Part shown: positions 27,698 through 35,918 of the stretch, piece after piece | Position numbering within the stretch: position 1 is the first letter of the stretch | Layout of the letters: each line of letters starts with the position of its first letter | Source of the DNA: a virus | Virus record (IMG/VR): IMGVR_UViG_3300036939_000059 | Coordinates: 2,802-66,801 of that record | Direction: 5' to 3' (one strand) | Length of the DNA: 64,000 nt | Notes under the pieces: model-generated | What the model saw: only the letters and a program-made list of their open reading frames with translations | Database searches by the model: none | Told to the model about the DNA's origin: nothing | Made by a program: the position numbers and the translations under genes

Positions 27698-28288
27698 ATG
27701 AGCAAAAAAGCGATCGCACACCTAGCCAGCATTTCGCCCTACTCTCAATCCAAGTTTCACAACACGCCCAAACTTCCAAAAGAATTGCCCGACGACTACG
27801 AAGCTAGAACCTGGGCAGAGCGCATTCATGTTGATTCAGAAGGGCGAACTTATGTCCCGCCGATGGCATTTAAAAACTGCATAGCCGAGATAGCAAAGTT
27901 TTTAGGGGAGCAGGTTCCCGGTCGAGGTAAAGCAACCTGGACAAAACATTTTGAAGCGGGAATTCTGTGTGTCACTCCTGTCTTGCTTCAGTCACCAACA
28001 ACCGGGAACTTTGTTCTTAAAAGTGACTGGGAGGGAGATTGGGGATTTTACCCAGCCGATGGGGTAAGAGGCAGTGGTAAAAGAGTTATGAAATGCTATC
28101 CCGTCATTCCAGCCTGGATAGGAACTTGCGAATTCCTAATCTACGATGACACCATTACCGAATCTGTATTTGCTAAACACTTAGAGCAAGCAGGGCGATT
28201 AATTGGTGTTGGGCGATTCCGTCCCCGTAACAATGGTTATTTTGGTCGATTCAAAGTAGAAGAACTGAGGTGGGAAGATGACATCTAA
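27698..28288 (+). CDS. Stand-alone Cas7/RAMP-like protein (candidate guide-RNA-binding effector)
   Basis: HLASISPY first strand, YVPPMAFKNCI helix, RV..YPVIPAW..EF, and G-rich loop AGRLIGVGRFRPRNNGYFGRFKV. Confidence 0.8.
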   Translation: MSKKAIAHLASISPYSQSKFHNTPKLPKELPDDYEARTWAERIHVDSEGRTYVPPMAFKNCIAEIAKFLGEQVPGRGKATWTKHFEAGILCVTPVLLQSPTTGNFVLKSDWEGDWGFYPADGVRGSGKRVMKCYPVIPAWIGTCEFLIYDDTITESVFAKHLEQAGRLIGVGRFRPRNNGYFGRFKVEELRWEDDI

Positions 28289-28799
28289 TACTCAAGTTTC
28301 AACCGAGCAAGTAGGCAAAAGAAGCCCTGTTACTCAGCAGCTAATCCAGCGGTTGCGAGATTTGTGCGTGGGTGAGTTTATTTCCTATGGGGAGTTGAGT
28401 GCGATCGCTAACTGTGACGTCACGGGTAAGTATCGCCACTACCTCTCAACTGCCGTTAATGCTGTGGAATCAGAATACTCAGTTGTAGTGGTTTGCAAAC
28501 CCAAGGAGGGGTTTGTCAGGCTCAAAAACGAAGAGATTGCCAAACACGCCAACACCCTGCACAGGAAGCGGCTAGCTTCTGATACTCAGCGGTATCGTTC
28601 CAAGGTCGAGTGCATAGACTCCAGTCGTCTGACCCTGACCCAGCGAATTGAGCATGGGTTAGCCTTGGCTCAAATTGGACTGAGGGAGATGGCAACGGAT
28701 AAACCTTTTGAGCAGGAAACCCGCAAGCGCCTTGCTCAGTCTCCTGAAAATCGCTTGAATCTTGATGCTTTGCTGAGTGATATGCGATCGTTCCGGTAG
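28278..28799 (+). CDS. Partner protein of the RAMP-like gene (winged-HTH-like N-terminus)
   Basis: Overlaps the RAMP stop; GEFISYGELSAIANCDV..YLSTAVNAV..VVVCKPKEGFVRL; ends 6 nt before the array. Confidence 0.6.
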   Translation: MTSNTQVSTEQVGKRSPVTQQLIQRLRDLCVGEFISYGELSAIANCDVTGKYRHYLSTAVNAVESEYSVVVVCKPKEGFVRLKNEEIAKHANTLHRKRLASDTQRYRSKVECIDSSRLTLTQRIEHGLALAQIGLREMATDKPFEQETRKRLAQSPENRLNLDALLSDMRSFR

Positions 28800-28805
28800 A
28801 ATGGG

Positions 28806-29241
28806 GTTGCAACACACCACTCCTCACCTCAGCTCGGCTCCTCGCATCACGACACATCTCTCTACAACACAACTCGACTAGCGATCGCTCTTACTTCGGT
28901 AGGGGCGATTTGCTTTAGGATGAAGAGGCGTCGCCTCTTGACTCATTTCTACTCCGCTCGTCTCGACTTGCCGCGACTCTTCGCAACACAACTCATCACA
29001 ACTAGCGATCGCCCTTGCTTCGGTGAGGGCGATTTGCTTTAGGATGGAGAAACACCGCACCTCAACTCGGCTCTATTCAACTCGACTCAGCACGCCACTT
29101 CTCAACACAACGCAACAAGCGGCACAAGGATTAAACCCCCTGCGCCGCCCTTGTATTATGGAGAAGCATCTCAACTCTTTACATCACGTCGCTACCCATC
29201 TCCTCTCAACGCAGCGCATAGCCCCTAGGTACTCTAGGGGC
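28806..29241 (+). ncRNA. Four-unit array of 5-nt-periodic tracts (NN + CDC), each closed by a hairpin; candidate guide RNAs
   Basis: Pentamer tracts 28806-28880, 28930-29004, 29054-29118, 29168-29217; hairpins 28884-28909 and 29008-29033 (cUUCGg loops), about 29119-29148, and 29221-29241. Confidence 0.8.
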
Positions 29242-29271
29242 AAACCTTAGCTCTTAACTATCAAGTTAATT

Positions 29272-29676
29272 ATGTTCAGCGATTCAGTAGAAATCAGTAG
29301 CTTTGACCCAGATGTGAACGAAGGACTGGACTTGGAAAGCAACCCCAATCCCCTGCCTCGTGATGCGATCGCACGTATTCAGCCCGGATGGAATGTGCTA
29401 GTGCGGCAGGGTAGTAATGACTTCTGGGTGAAGGTGCTAACGAAGGAATCTCAAGGCTGTGTTTGTGAGATTATCCAGCAGCCTGGATTTAACCCTAATA
29501 GTCAAAAGCTATTTGTTCGCTTCGAGGATATCTACGCAGCGGCGCAAGGGAGCGATAGTTTCACTGTAGACGGACGGGGTATGAGCGCGACTCGGAGCGT
29601 AATTCACGGTTTGCCGGGAGGTGGGTTCGAGTCATCTCAGTTTTATTCGGTGTATTCGGATGGTGATGAGTATTGA
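29272..29676 (+). CDS. Hypothetical protein
   Basis: 134 aa; IQPGWNVLV..FWVKV SH3-like core. Confidence 0.55.
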   Translation: MFSDSVEISSFDPDVNEGLDLESNPNPLPRDAIARIQPGWNVLVRQGSNDFWVKVLTKESQGCVCEIIQQPGFNPNSQKLFVRFEDIYAAAQGSDSFTVDGRGMSATRSVIHGLPGGGFESSQFYSVYSDGDEY

Positions 29677-29724
29677 TCTGCTCAAGCGAAGATAACCGCG
29701 ATACGTCGCGGTTATGATTTGTGC

Positions 29725-30039
29725 TTAACCCTCCGTCGCCAGTTGCTTGAAGTAGTCCAGTCCGCAGTAGGCTAGCTGCCCACCTAGTTGGACGTGAACT
29801 TGGTTGTTGAACACCTCAATCTTTTGTACTTCGCTTGGCAACACCTTGCGTCCCTCGATTACCGTGAAGACTTTGGCAACCAGTACCTTGATGCTGGTGA
29901 TTGTCTTCGAGACAAACCGCGCTCCAACCCTTGCGATTACCACCAGCCAGCAGCTTGCCCATTCTTCAGTCCGCTTGATTTGGCTAGCAGCTACTTTCAG
30001 GTGTTTGGCGAGTTGTTGGACTTTGGTGGAGTGGCTCAT
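29725..30039 (-). CDS. Hypothetical protein; N-terminal domain shared with 31359-31841
   Basis: LAKHLKV..IKRTEEWA..RFVSK. Confidence 0.65.
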   Translation of the reverse strand: MSHSTKVQQLAKHLKVAASQIKRTEEWASCWLVVIARVGARFVSKTITSIKVLVAKVFTVIEGRKVLPSEVQKIEVFNNQVHVQLGGQLAYCGLDYFKQLATEG

Positions 30040-30094
30040 GGTGTTTGTTTTTTTTGCTTCACTTCATTTAGTATCTCTCTTAATAAGAGATACG

Positions 30095-30343
30095 TCAAGG
30101 GGTCTTAGAAGTTTTTTCTACAAAATCACTCAGCAGTTCCTTGATAAGCTGGGACTTACTCATTCCTGCTGGCATAAGGCTTTTAACGCGATTAGATAAT
30201 TCTTCTGGGATGAACGATTGCCACGACTCCGTAGCCTCTAGATAACGCTGCTGGGCTTCTGCCTGCTTCTGCTTGCCCTTCTCTGATTCCTTGTATTTGG
30301 CTTGTCTAGTTTTCATGTGTATCTCTACAGAAAGATACGGCAA
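30095..30343 (-). CDS. Small protein with RHH-like C-terminus (start may be 30316)
   Basis: QSFIPEELSNRVKSL..SKSQLIKELLSDF. Confidence 0.55.
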   Translation of the reverse strand: MPYLSVEIHMKTRQAKYKESEKGKQKQAEAQQRYLEATESWQSFIPEELSNRVKSLMPAGMSKSQLIKELLSDFVEKTSKTP

Positions 30344-30439
30344 GCATAGCAGGTAAACTGGGTTTGTAGAACGATTGGGGATAAGCGCGATGCGTCGCGG
30401 TTATCTATTGAGTGCGATCGCTCTACGGATTAAAGCAAG

Positions 30440-30467
30440 AAAAACCCTCCGGTTTTTGGAGGGTTTT
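30440..30467. terminator. Intrinsic terminator
   Basis: AAAAACCCTCC-GGTTTTT-GGAGGGTTTT. Confidence 0.7.
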
Positions 30468-30490
30468 AGCTGGCGTGATTAAACTTGGAA

Positions 30491-31258
30491 CTACTCTAGA
30501 GCCTTTTTAACTTTCTCGCCTGATTCGGTGCAGACATCGCGACACTCCTTAAACCCATGCAGATCGTCAGCCCTCATTTTCTTTCGTGCTAACGTCTCAG
30601 CTAAAGTGATCGCCGCGTTTTCCACGTCGTCCAAAGAATCTCGCAGATTACCCTTAGCTGGAACCTTGCGTTCTAACTTAACTTCCTTCGCCTCGCCACC
30701 TAAAACAGGCTTATAAATCTCATTGGTGCAGACGCCATACTGCCAAGGGTGATGCACTCCTCTGTCTTTTAGTTCATCAGTTAGATAGTTACGCCCCTCG
30801 ATTTCTTTCAAGCGAGTCCCGATCCATTCGTCCGATCTCCCGTCTCTCTTCCATTTAGCAACTGCCCGTCCACGAGAGCGAGTTATCCCCAGCTCTGGAT
30901 CGGCATCTTCTTCGATGCGTTCAACTAATGCCCCCAATGCCCAAGAGTGGAATTCAGGGCTGAGATATTCCGCGTAGGCAAGAGCTAGCTTGGGGATGTC
31001 AAACGTTCTGCCGCCTTTACCCTTACGGGTTTCGTAAATACAACCGGGGCTTGTATTAAGCTCTGTAGCTAAAACCCTTAGCAATGGCTGAACGTTGTCA
31101 TTATTCAACCAGTCATTTACCCGCTTAGTGGAAGGGCTACCTTGCGCCTTCCACATATCAGTAAGGCTAATCCACTTATCGGTCAATCGAATATTGATCG
31201 GACATTCGTTGTATTCCACTTTGCAAAATTTACTTGAAGTCGGTTCTGATTGTGACAT
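30491..31258 (-). CDS. KilA-N domain protein
   Basis: YNECPINIR..WISLTDMWKA..RVNDWL..PKLALAYAEYLSPEFHSW. Confidence 0.85.
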   Translation of the reverse strand: MSQSEPTSSKFCKVEYNECPINIRLTDKWISLTDMWKAQGSPSTKRVNDWLNNDNVQPLLRVLATELNTSPGCIYETRKGKGGRTFDIPKLALAYAEYLSPEFHSWALGALVERIEEDADPELGITRSRGRAVAKWKRDGRSDEWIGTRLKEIEGRNYLTDELKDRGVHHPWQYGVCTNEIYKPVLGGEAKEVKLERKVPAKGNLRDSLDDVENAAITLAETLARKKMRADDLHGFKECRDVCTESGEKVKKALE

Positions 31259-31358
31259 AATCTTGATTGCCTTTATATGGTTCGTTCTGTGTGAAGGTGC
31301 GATCGCTTCCGTGCCGTCGAAAGTTTGGAAGCGATTCGCTTTTGAGGTGCAGATGATG

Positions 31359-31841
31359 CTACTGGAAATCTTCTTCTGGTGTTGTCAATATCCCAATAAT
31401 GGCTTGCTTTTCGTTTGGCTTGATAACGGGAACCGCGTTCACGACAGCTTCGTATGCTTCGCCTGGACTATCGACAAAACACTTGGAAACAGTTTCTTTT
31501 TTGAGTGAACCAAGACGATTTCTGTTTACTGACTGGTGATGCACTTGAATTTTATTGTTCGCCCATTCCGATACATGAAACACCTGCTTGTCTTTGCTGG
31601 CTGAAATTGACTGCTCTCCACCCATCCCTGATGTTTTCCATGCAATTTTGTAACCTTGGCTCTCCAGTGCTTTGACCATTTCGACGAAACTGATTGTCAT
31701 CTTTTTTACTACCTTTTTGCTTACGAATCTCGAACCCAAGCCTTTGACTACAACAAACATCACCTTTGCCCATTCTTCAACCTTGGTTATTGCCCAATGG
31801 CTTACGTTTAAGTGTTTGGCGATTTGGATTGTTGTGCTCAT
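31359..31841 (-). CDS. Hypothetical protein
   Basis: IAKHLNV..ITKVEEWA..RFVSKK; minus-strand promoter TTGACA-17-TACTAT at 31872-31900. Confidence 0.65.
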   Translation of the reverse strand: MSTTIQIAKHLNVSHWAITKVEEWAKVMFVVVKGLGSRFVSKKVVKKMTISFVEMVKALESQGYKIAWKTSGMGGEQSISASKDKQVFHVSEWANNKIQVHHQSVNRNRLGSLKKETVSKCFVDSPGEAYEAVVNAVPVIKPNEKQAIIGILTTPEEDFQ

Positions 31842-31904
31842 CGTTCGGGTTCCTTTGCTTGCTCTATATCAATAGTACGCATCATTGATTAAGCTGTCAA
31901 TAGT

Positions 31905-32144
31905 GTGTACGATGGATTTATCGAGTCGAGAAAAGCAATGAAGAGAGAGATGCACCCCAACAGCTTAAAAGCTTTAGCAGAAGCGCAGCAGGCACGAAAG
32001 AAAGGAGCTAGGCGAGTGAACATGACACTCACCCCAGAAGCGATCGCATCCCTCGACCGCATTGCCACGTTGCGGGGATTCAGTCGTTCAGAGCTAATAG
32101 AGCGTATTGCAAGGGATGAAGAAATTTTGATGCGGGTGCAGTAG
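31905..32144 (+). CDS. CopG/RHH regulator, paralog B
   Basis: RVNMTLTPEAIASLDRIATLRGFSRSELIERIAR. Confidence 0.85.
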   Translation: MYDGFIESRKAMKREMHPNSLKALAEAQQARKKGARRVNMTLTPEAIASLDRIATLRGFSRSELIERIARDEEILMRVQ

Positions 32145-32166
32145 TTAATTAATTGTTCAGGTCTTT

Positions 32167-32190
32167 ATAACCGCGATGCGTCGCGGTTAT
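32167..32190. repeat. 24-bp palindrome ATAACCGCGA-N4-TCGCGGTTAT (representative copy of about 17)
   Basis: Perfect arms at 3166, 6993, 29692, 32167, 51704, 56925; imperfect at 9543, 13233, 15927, 17476, 21858, 22496, 23683, 30381, 35889, 42021, 55925, 63434. Confidence 0.95.
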
Positions 32191-32249
32191 CTCGTTCAAG
32201 GCGATCTGCCTTTGGCGGCAGCGCTTCGCTATCGCACTTAGCATTCAAC

Positions 32250-32334
32250 CTGAATTCAACACTAATTCCGTAGAACGCAGACTGAATTCAATCGGGATGG
32301 ATTTGAACGACAACGGGACGGAAATTGAATTCAG
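32250..32334. repeat. YTGAATTCAR motif cluster upstream of the terminase gene
   Basis: Copies at 32250, 32282 and 32325; the same 32-bp-spaced pair recurs at 57782/57814 and 58331/58363. Confidence 0.75.
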
Positions 32335-32358
32335 CCCTCGCATCGCCTAGAATCAGGT

Positions 32359-34995
32359 ATGCGATCGCCCCGTCTCCACCTCGCTCACCGCCACACTGCT
32401 AGAAGTCAAGCCCGTTCCCTGTACGCGCTCTCTCCCACCGAGCAAATCCTTCTTGCTCGAAAAGACTTCAACGCTTTTCGCTGGTATGTCAAAAACCACA
32501 AATCTTACACGCACCACCAAGAGTGGTCGAGGTATCTCAACACCGACCTAAACAGCAGGTGCTTAAACGGTATTGCGGGCGATGACCTACTTATCCTTGC
32601 TCCGCGTGGTTCGTCAAAATCGACATTCTTAATTGAGTGGGTTGCCTACCAAATCGGGCGACACGCTGCGCCAGAGATTCGCCAAGCCCTCAAGGTGCTG
32701 TATGTGAGTTATGAATTGAAGACAGCGCGTCAGAAGTCTCAACAAATTAAGCGCCTGCTAACCTTGCCAGAGTATCGGCGTGTATTCCCGTGGATTCGAC
32801 CGGGAGAAAACTGGGCGAATGAGTTGTGGGAGATTGACTTTGCTCACGCTGGTTTGCCAGGGGCTGATGAACCCTACACTGTGGCAGCGGCGGGATTGAT
32901 TGGGAACGTCACAGGTAAAAGGTGCTTTGTTGGTGATACATTAATAGAGACCGAGATAGGCGCAGTACCCATCTCGGAAATTCAAAAATATATCACTCTC
33001 AGGATTTTAACTTTCAATGAATCAACCCACACCCTCGAATGGGGACGCATCAAGAACGTTGCGTCAAGACCCTCGAATGAACTTGTTGAAATTAGAACAA
33101 GTGGAGGGCGTAGAGTGCGCTGCACTGCCGACCACCCTATCTATACACTGGAACGAGGATACTCAGAGGCCCAGTATTTACTGGCAGGGGATACCCTTGT
33201 CGTCACTACCCAAGGAAAAGAAGAAATACAGAAGCTGCCTTGGATGCAGCAAGGAAATGACCAACACTTCGGCGCATATTTGCCAAGACTGCTATCAGGC
33301 TTCCAGGCAGGTGCGTTTCAGGATTCGCTGCAAGGGCTGTTCGTCGATCTTCCTTCTCAGTCCAAGCGAACTTCAAAAGAAGGTGAGAAGAGGGGGCTTC
33401 GAGTTCTTTTGCAGTCACAAGTGTCATGGAGACACCCGCAAGAAGCCAAAGGATTGCGAGAGCTGTGGAATGAGGCTTTGCTCTACATCCAGGGGAAAAA
33501 GAGGGAGGTTTTGCCCGGACTGCCTACAAAAAGCACGGACAGTGCGCACACTACAACCAGCCAAGTGCTTGAACTGCGATCGCTTGTTTGCCCCGCGAAC
33601 CAGCAAGACTCAGCATTGTTCTCAGGCTTGCGCCAATGCGACGCACTCAAGAAAGATGTCTGGGGAAGGCAACAGCCACTACAAAGATGGACAGAGTTAC
33701 GGCAAGGATTTTCTCGACTTGAGAGCGGCTGCCTTGAGTCGGGATGGCTACCGTTGCACTGCTTGCGGGATTACGGAAATAATCGAACCCAAGGGCAGGT
33801 GGGGCAGGCTATCGAACCTAGTAGTCCATCACTTAAACCACGACCATTGCGACAATCGCCTTCAGAATTTGGCGACTATGTGTCGAGCGTGCCACGTCAT
33901 TCATCACAAAACGAAAAAGACTGGGGATTAGACAGGGTTGTCTCAGTTGTTAAACTTCCTGCCGTGACACAGGAAGTTTACGACATTGAGGTAGAAGGAA
34001 ACCACAACTTTTTCGCCAATCAAATACTATCGCACAATTGCCACATTTCAGTGTATGATGACTTAATTAAATCCCCAGAAGCGATCGCGAACCCCGACAT
34101 CCGTGAGCAGATGGTTTCCAACTATCGCAACATCATCAAGCCGACTCGCTTTGATGGCGCTCGCTCAATCTGTTTGGGGACGAGGATGCGACCGGATGAC
34201 ATTTATTGCACCGAGTTCACGGCAGACAATGACTGGCAAGTTGTTGAGCAATCCGCAATCCTCGACCTTCCCGATGGTGGGGAGTGTAGTTACTGGGAAC
34301 CCGAAGACGATGAATCCCCTGGTCAAACCCTTGCGTTCCTGCAAAGTATTCGGGAAAAAGAACCCGAAACATTCAGCTACCAGTACCAGAACAAAGTTAT
34401 CCGGATTGCTACCCAAGCCATTACTCCTGAACTAATCACTAAAGGTATCATCCCCTCTCAAATGGATTACTTGGCTTTGGGCATAGACCTATCCGCAGGC
34501 GAACGCGAGGTCAACGACTACACCGCTTTTGTCCTAGGGGGTATGGCGCGGGACGAAAAGGGACGCAATCGCTATTTTATTATCGACTGCTGGGAAGATA
34601 GACTGATGGGCAACATGAAGAAGTTAGAGGCGATCGCTGTCCTCTACGACTGTTGGCGACACCTCTGTCCTTACCTTGAATTATTTGTGGAGTCCAACGG
34701 CTACCAGCTTAGTTTTGCGGGAGACTACCAGGACTTTGTTGCCGAGAAGGAATACTACGACTGGCAAGTCACAGCGGTTCACTCTGCCGAGAAAAAACTT
34801 GAGCGACTGCGGGGCGTCACTGGGTTACTGGAGAATAAACTGGTCACCTTTAATCAGTACGGGCGGCTGATGGGGAAACTTACCCTGCAACTGACCAACC
34901 ACGGAAGTACTAGCCATGATGACTTAGCCGACGCTTTTGAGAAATGTTTGAGAGGGTTGAGGGTGCGATCGCCTTTGACCGGGGCTAATTACTAA
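32359..34995 (+). CDS. terL: Terminase large subunit with intein
   Basis: Walker A LAPRGSSKST, Walker B ISVYDDLIK, RSICLGTR, nuclease LGIDLS..DYTA, VESNGYQ, HDDLADA. Confidence 0.93.
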   Translation: MRSPRLHLAHRHTARSQARSLYALSPTEQILLARKDFNAFRWYVKNHKSYTHHQEWSRYLNTDLNSRCLNGIAGDDLLILAPRGSSKSTFLIEWVAYQIGRHAAPEIRQALKVLYVSYELKTARQKSQQIKRLLTLPEYRRVFPWIRPGENWANELWEIDFAHAGLPGADEPYTVAAAGLIGNVTGKRCFVGDTLIETEIGAVPISEIQKYITLRILTFNESTHTLEWGRIKNVASRPSNELVEIRTSGGRRVRCTADHPIYTLERGYSEAQYLLAGDTLVVTTQGKEEIQKLPWMQQGNDQHFGAYLPRLLSGFQAGAFQDSLQGLFVDLPSQSKRTSKEGEKRGLRVLLQSQVSWRHPQEAKGLRELWNEALLYIQGKKREVLPGLPTKSTDSAHTTTSQVLELRSLVCPANQQDSALFSGLRQCDALKKDVWGRQQPLQRWTELRQGFSRLESGCLESGWLPLHCLRDYGNNRTQGQVGQAIEPSSPSLKPRPLRQSPSEFGDYVSSVPRHSSQNEKDWGLDRVVSVVKLPAVTQEVYDIEVEGNHNFFANQILSHNCHISVYDDLIKSPEAIANPDIREQMVSNYRNIIKPTRFDGARSICLGTRMRPDDIYCTEFTADNDWQVVEQSAILDLPDGGECSYWEPEDDESPGQTLAFLQSIREKEPETFSYQYQNKVIRIATQAITPELITKGIIPSQMDYLALGIDLSAGEREVNDYTAFVLGGMARDEKGRNRYFIIDCWEDRLMGNMKKLEAIAVLYDCWRHLCPYLELFVESNGYQLSFAGDYQDFVAEKEYYDWQVTAVHSAEKKLERLRGVTGLLENKLVTFNQYGRLMGKLTLQLTNHGSTSHDDLADAFEKCLRGLRVRSPLTGANY
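32923..34038 (+). mobile_element. Intein (372 aa) in terL just before Walker B
   Basis: Block A CFVGDTLIET, block B CTADHPIY, block F VYDIEVEGNHNFFAN, block G ILSHN/C. Confidence 0.95.
33017..33931 (+). CDS. HNH endonuclease with multiple Zn ribbons, in the +1 frame inside the intein
   Basis: RDGYRCTACG..VHHLNHDHCDNRLQNLATMCRACH; many CxxC pairs; true start uncertain. Confidence 0.85.
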   Translation: MNQPTPSNGDASRTLRQDPRMNLLKLEQVEGVECAALPTTLSIHWNEDTQRPSIYWQGIPLSSLPKEKKKYRSCLGCSKEMTNTSAHICQDCYQASRQVRFRIRCKGCSSIFLLSPSELQKKVRRGGFEFFCSHKCHGDTRKKPKDCESCGMRLCSTSRGKRGRFCPDCLQKARTVRTLQPAKCLNCDRLFAPRTSKTQHCSQACANATHSRKMSGEGNSHYKDGQSYGKDFLDLRAAALSRDGYRCTACGITEIIEPKGRWGRLSNLVVHHLNHDHCDNRLQNLATMCRACHVIHHKTKKTGD

Positions 34996-35037
34996 TTTCT
35001 TAGATATCATGCAAATATCAACCGTATCTGCACTTCA

Positions 35038-35418
35038 ATGACCATAACAGACGGTGCAACGAAACTGATTTCCTCTCAAATCGCGCTTGTGGTTCAACTG
35101 CAAGAACAAGCCAACGCCGCGATCGCACGCTCTGACTGGCAAAGTGTGGATCGAATCGTTAACACAATCAACACAGCTTTCACAACGTTTCTCCAAGGAA
35201 TTGACACAATGGCTATCGATGTATCTGCCCTGAAAACGGTTCTTTCTTCAAGTGGTTCCCCTGAGCAAGTCCAAGCTTTGCAAACGTCCATTGCAGAGTT
35301 AACGTCCCAACTAGAGCAGCAGCGCTCTCAGCTAGAGCAGCAGCAGCAAGACGTTACAGACCTCAAGAATGCGCTGACTGAACTGAATACAGCGGCGGCA
35401 GCTAAGGTTCCTGTCTAA
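35038..35418 (+). CDS. Coiled-coil hypothetical protein
   Basis: Heptad-rich C-terminal half. Confidence 0.55.
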   Translation: MTITDGATKLISSQIALVVQLQEQANAAIARSDWQSVDRIVNTINTAFTTFLQGIDTMAIDVSALKTVLSSSGSPEQVQALQTSIAELTSQLEQQRSQLEQQQQDVTDLKNALTELNTAAAAKVPV

Positions 35419-35636
35419 ACCGATAAGTGCCGAGGATTCGCTAACCTGTTGAGCGCTCGGCGTTGTGCGATTCCTGGGTCACGACTGAGCTTGCGCAATG
35501 ACTTACTAATACGACGGGCGGGGTCGCGGCTTAAACGGTGCGTCCCTTTATCTACTGCGCGGATAGGGTCACGGGGACGTAGTAGTTGGTAGGCGGCGGC
35601 GTGGAAGGCTTGTTGTTGGACGGGGGATAAATCCAT
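35415..35636 (-). CDS. Small basic hypothetical protein
   Basis: MDLSPVQQQ.. start at the internal ATG. Confidence 0.4.
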   Translation of the reverse strand: MDLSPVQQQAFHAAAYQLLRPRDPIRAVDKGTHRLSRDPARRISKSLRKLSRDPGIAQRRALNRLANPRHLSV

Positions 35637-35918
35637 GTTTAATTCTTTGGTAAACACATAACTTGAAAGCAGTTGGCAAACAAATCGAGAAGGGAGGCTG
35701 CATTGCGATCGCTCCTTCCATACAAGCACTGTAGCTCTAGCACGGCGTCTATGGACTTTCTCAATGACAGCTTTTTGATGTGGATATTATAAATGTCGTA
35801 GCCAGTTTCTCTTGGATGTCCTGCTAATACTGCTTCATCGCCACACGCTTCACGGGCGTTGTTCATGGCTCGTCCTTTTCTGGCTTTAGATAACCGCGAT
35901 GCGTCGCGCTTTTCTTTG

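Noticed and set aside
28806-29241. Array as a CRISPR array or a simple microsatellite
   Set aside because: There are no 23-50-bp direct repeats with spacers and no cas1/cas2. Two of every five positions vary freely and tracts are bounded by hairpins, unlike slippage repeats or cyanobacterial heptamer STRRs.
28878-29250. ORFs 29023-29250 (+) and 28878-29060 (-) over the pentamer array
   Set aside because: Their S/T/R/L/Q periodicity is what a 5-nt repeat gives when translated; UUCG hairpins and strict register argue for RNA function.
32325-32340. Unit-1 NN string (AG GG CT AT GA AT TC AA) resembles the reverse complement AGGGCT-GAATTCAA upstream of terL
   Set aside because: It needs contiguous reading plus a 2-nt bulge. 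A rough estimate says such a post-hoc match is not unlikely in 128 kb of both strands, so it is not claimed as a self-target without a systematic search.
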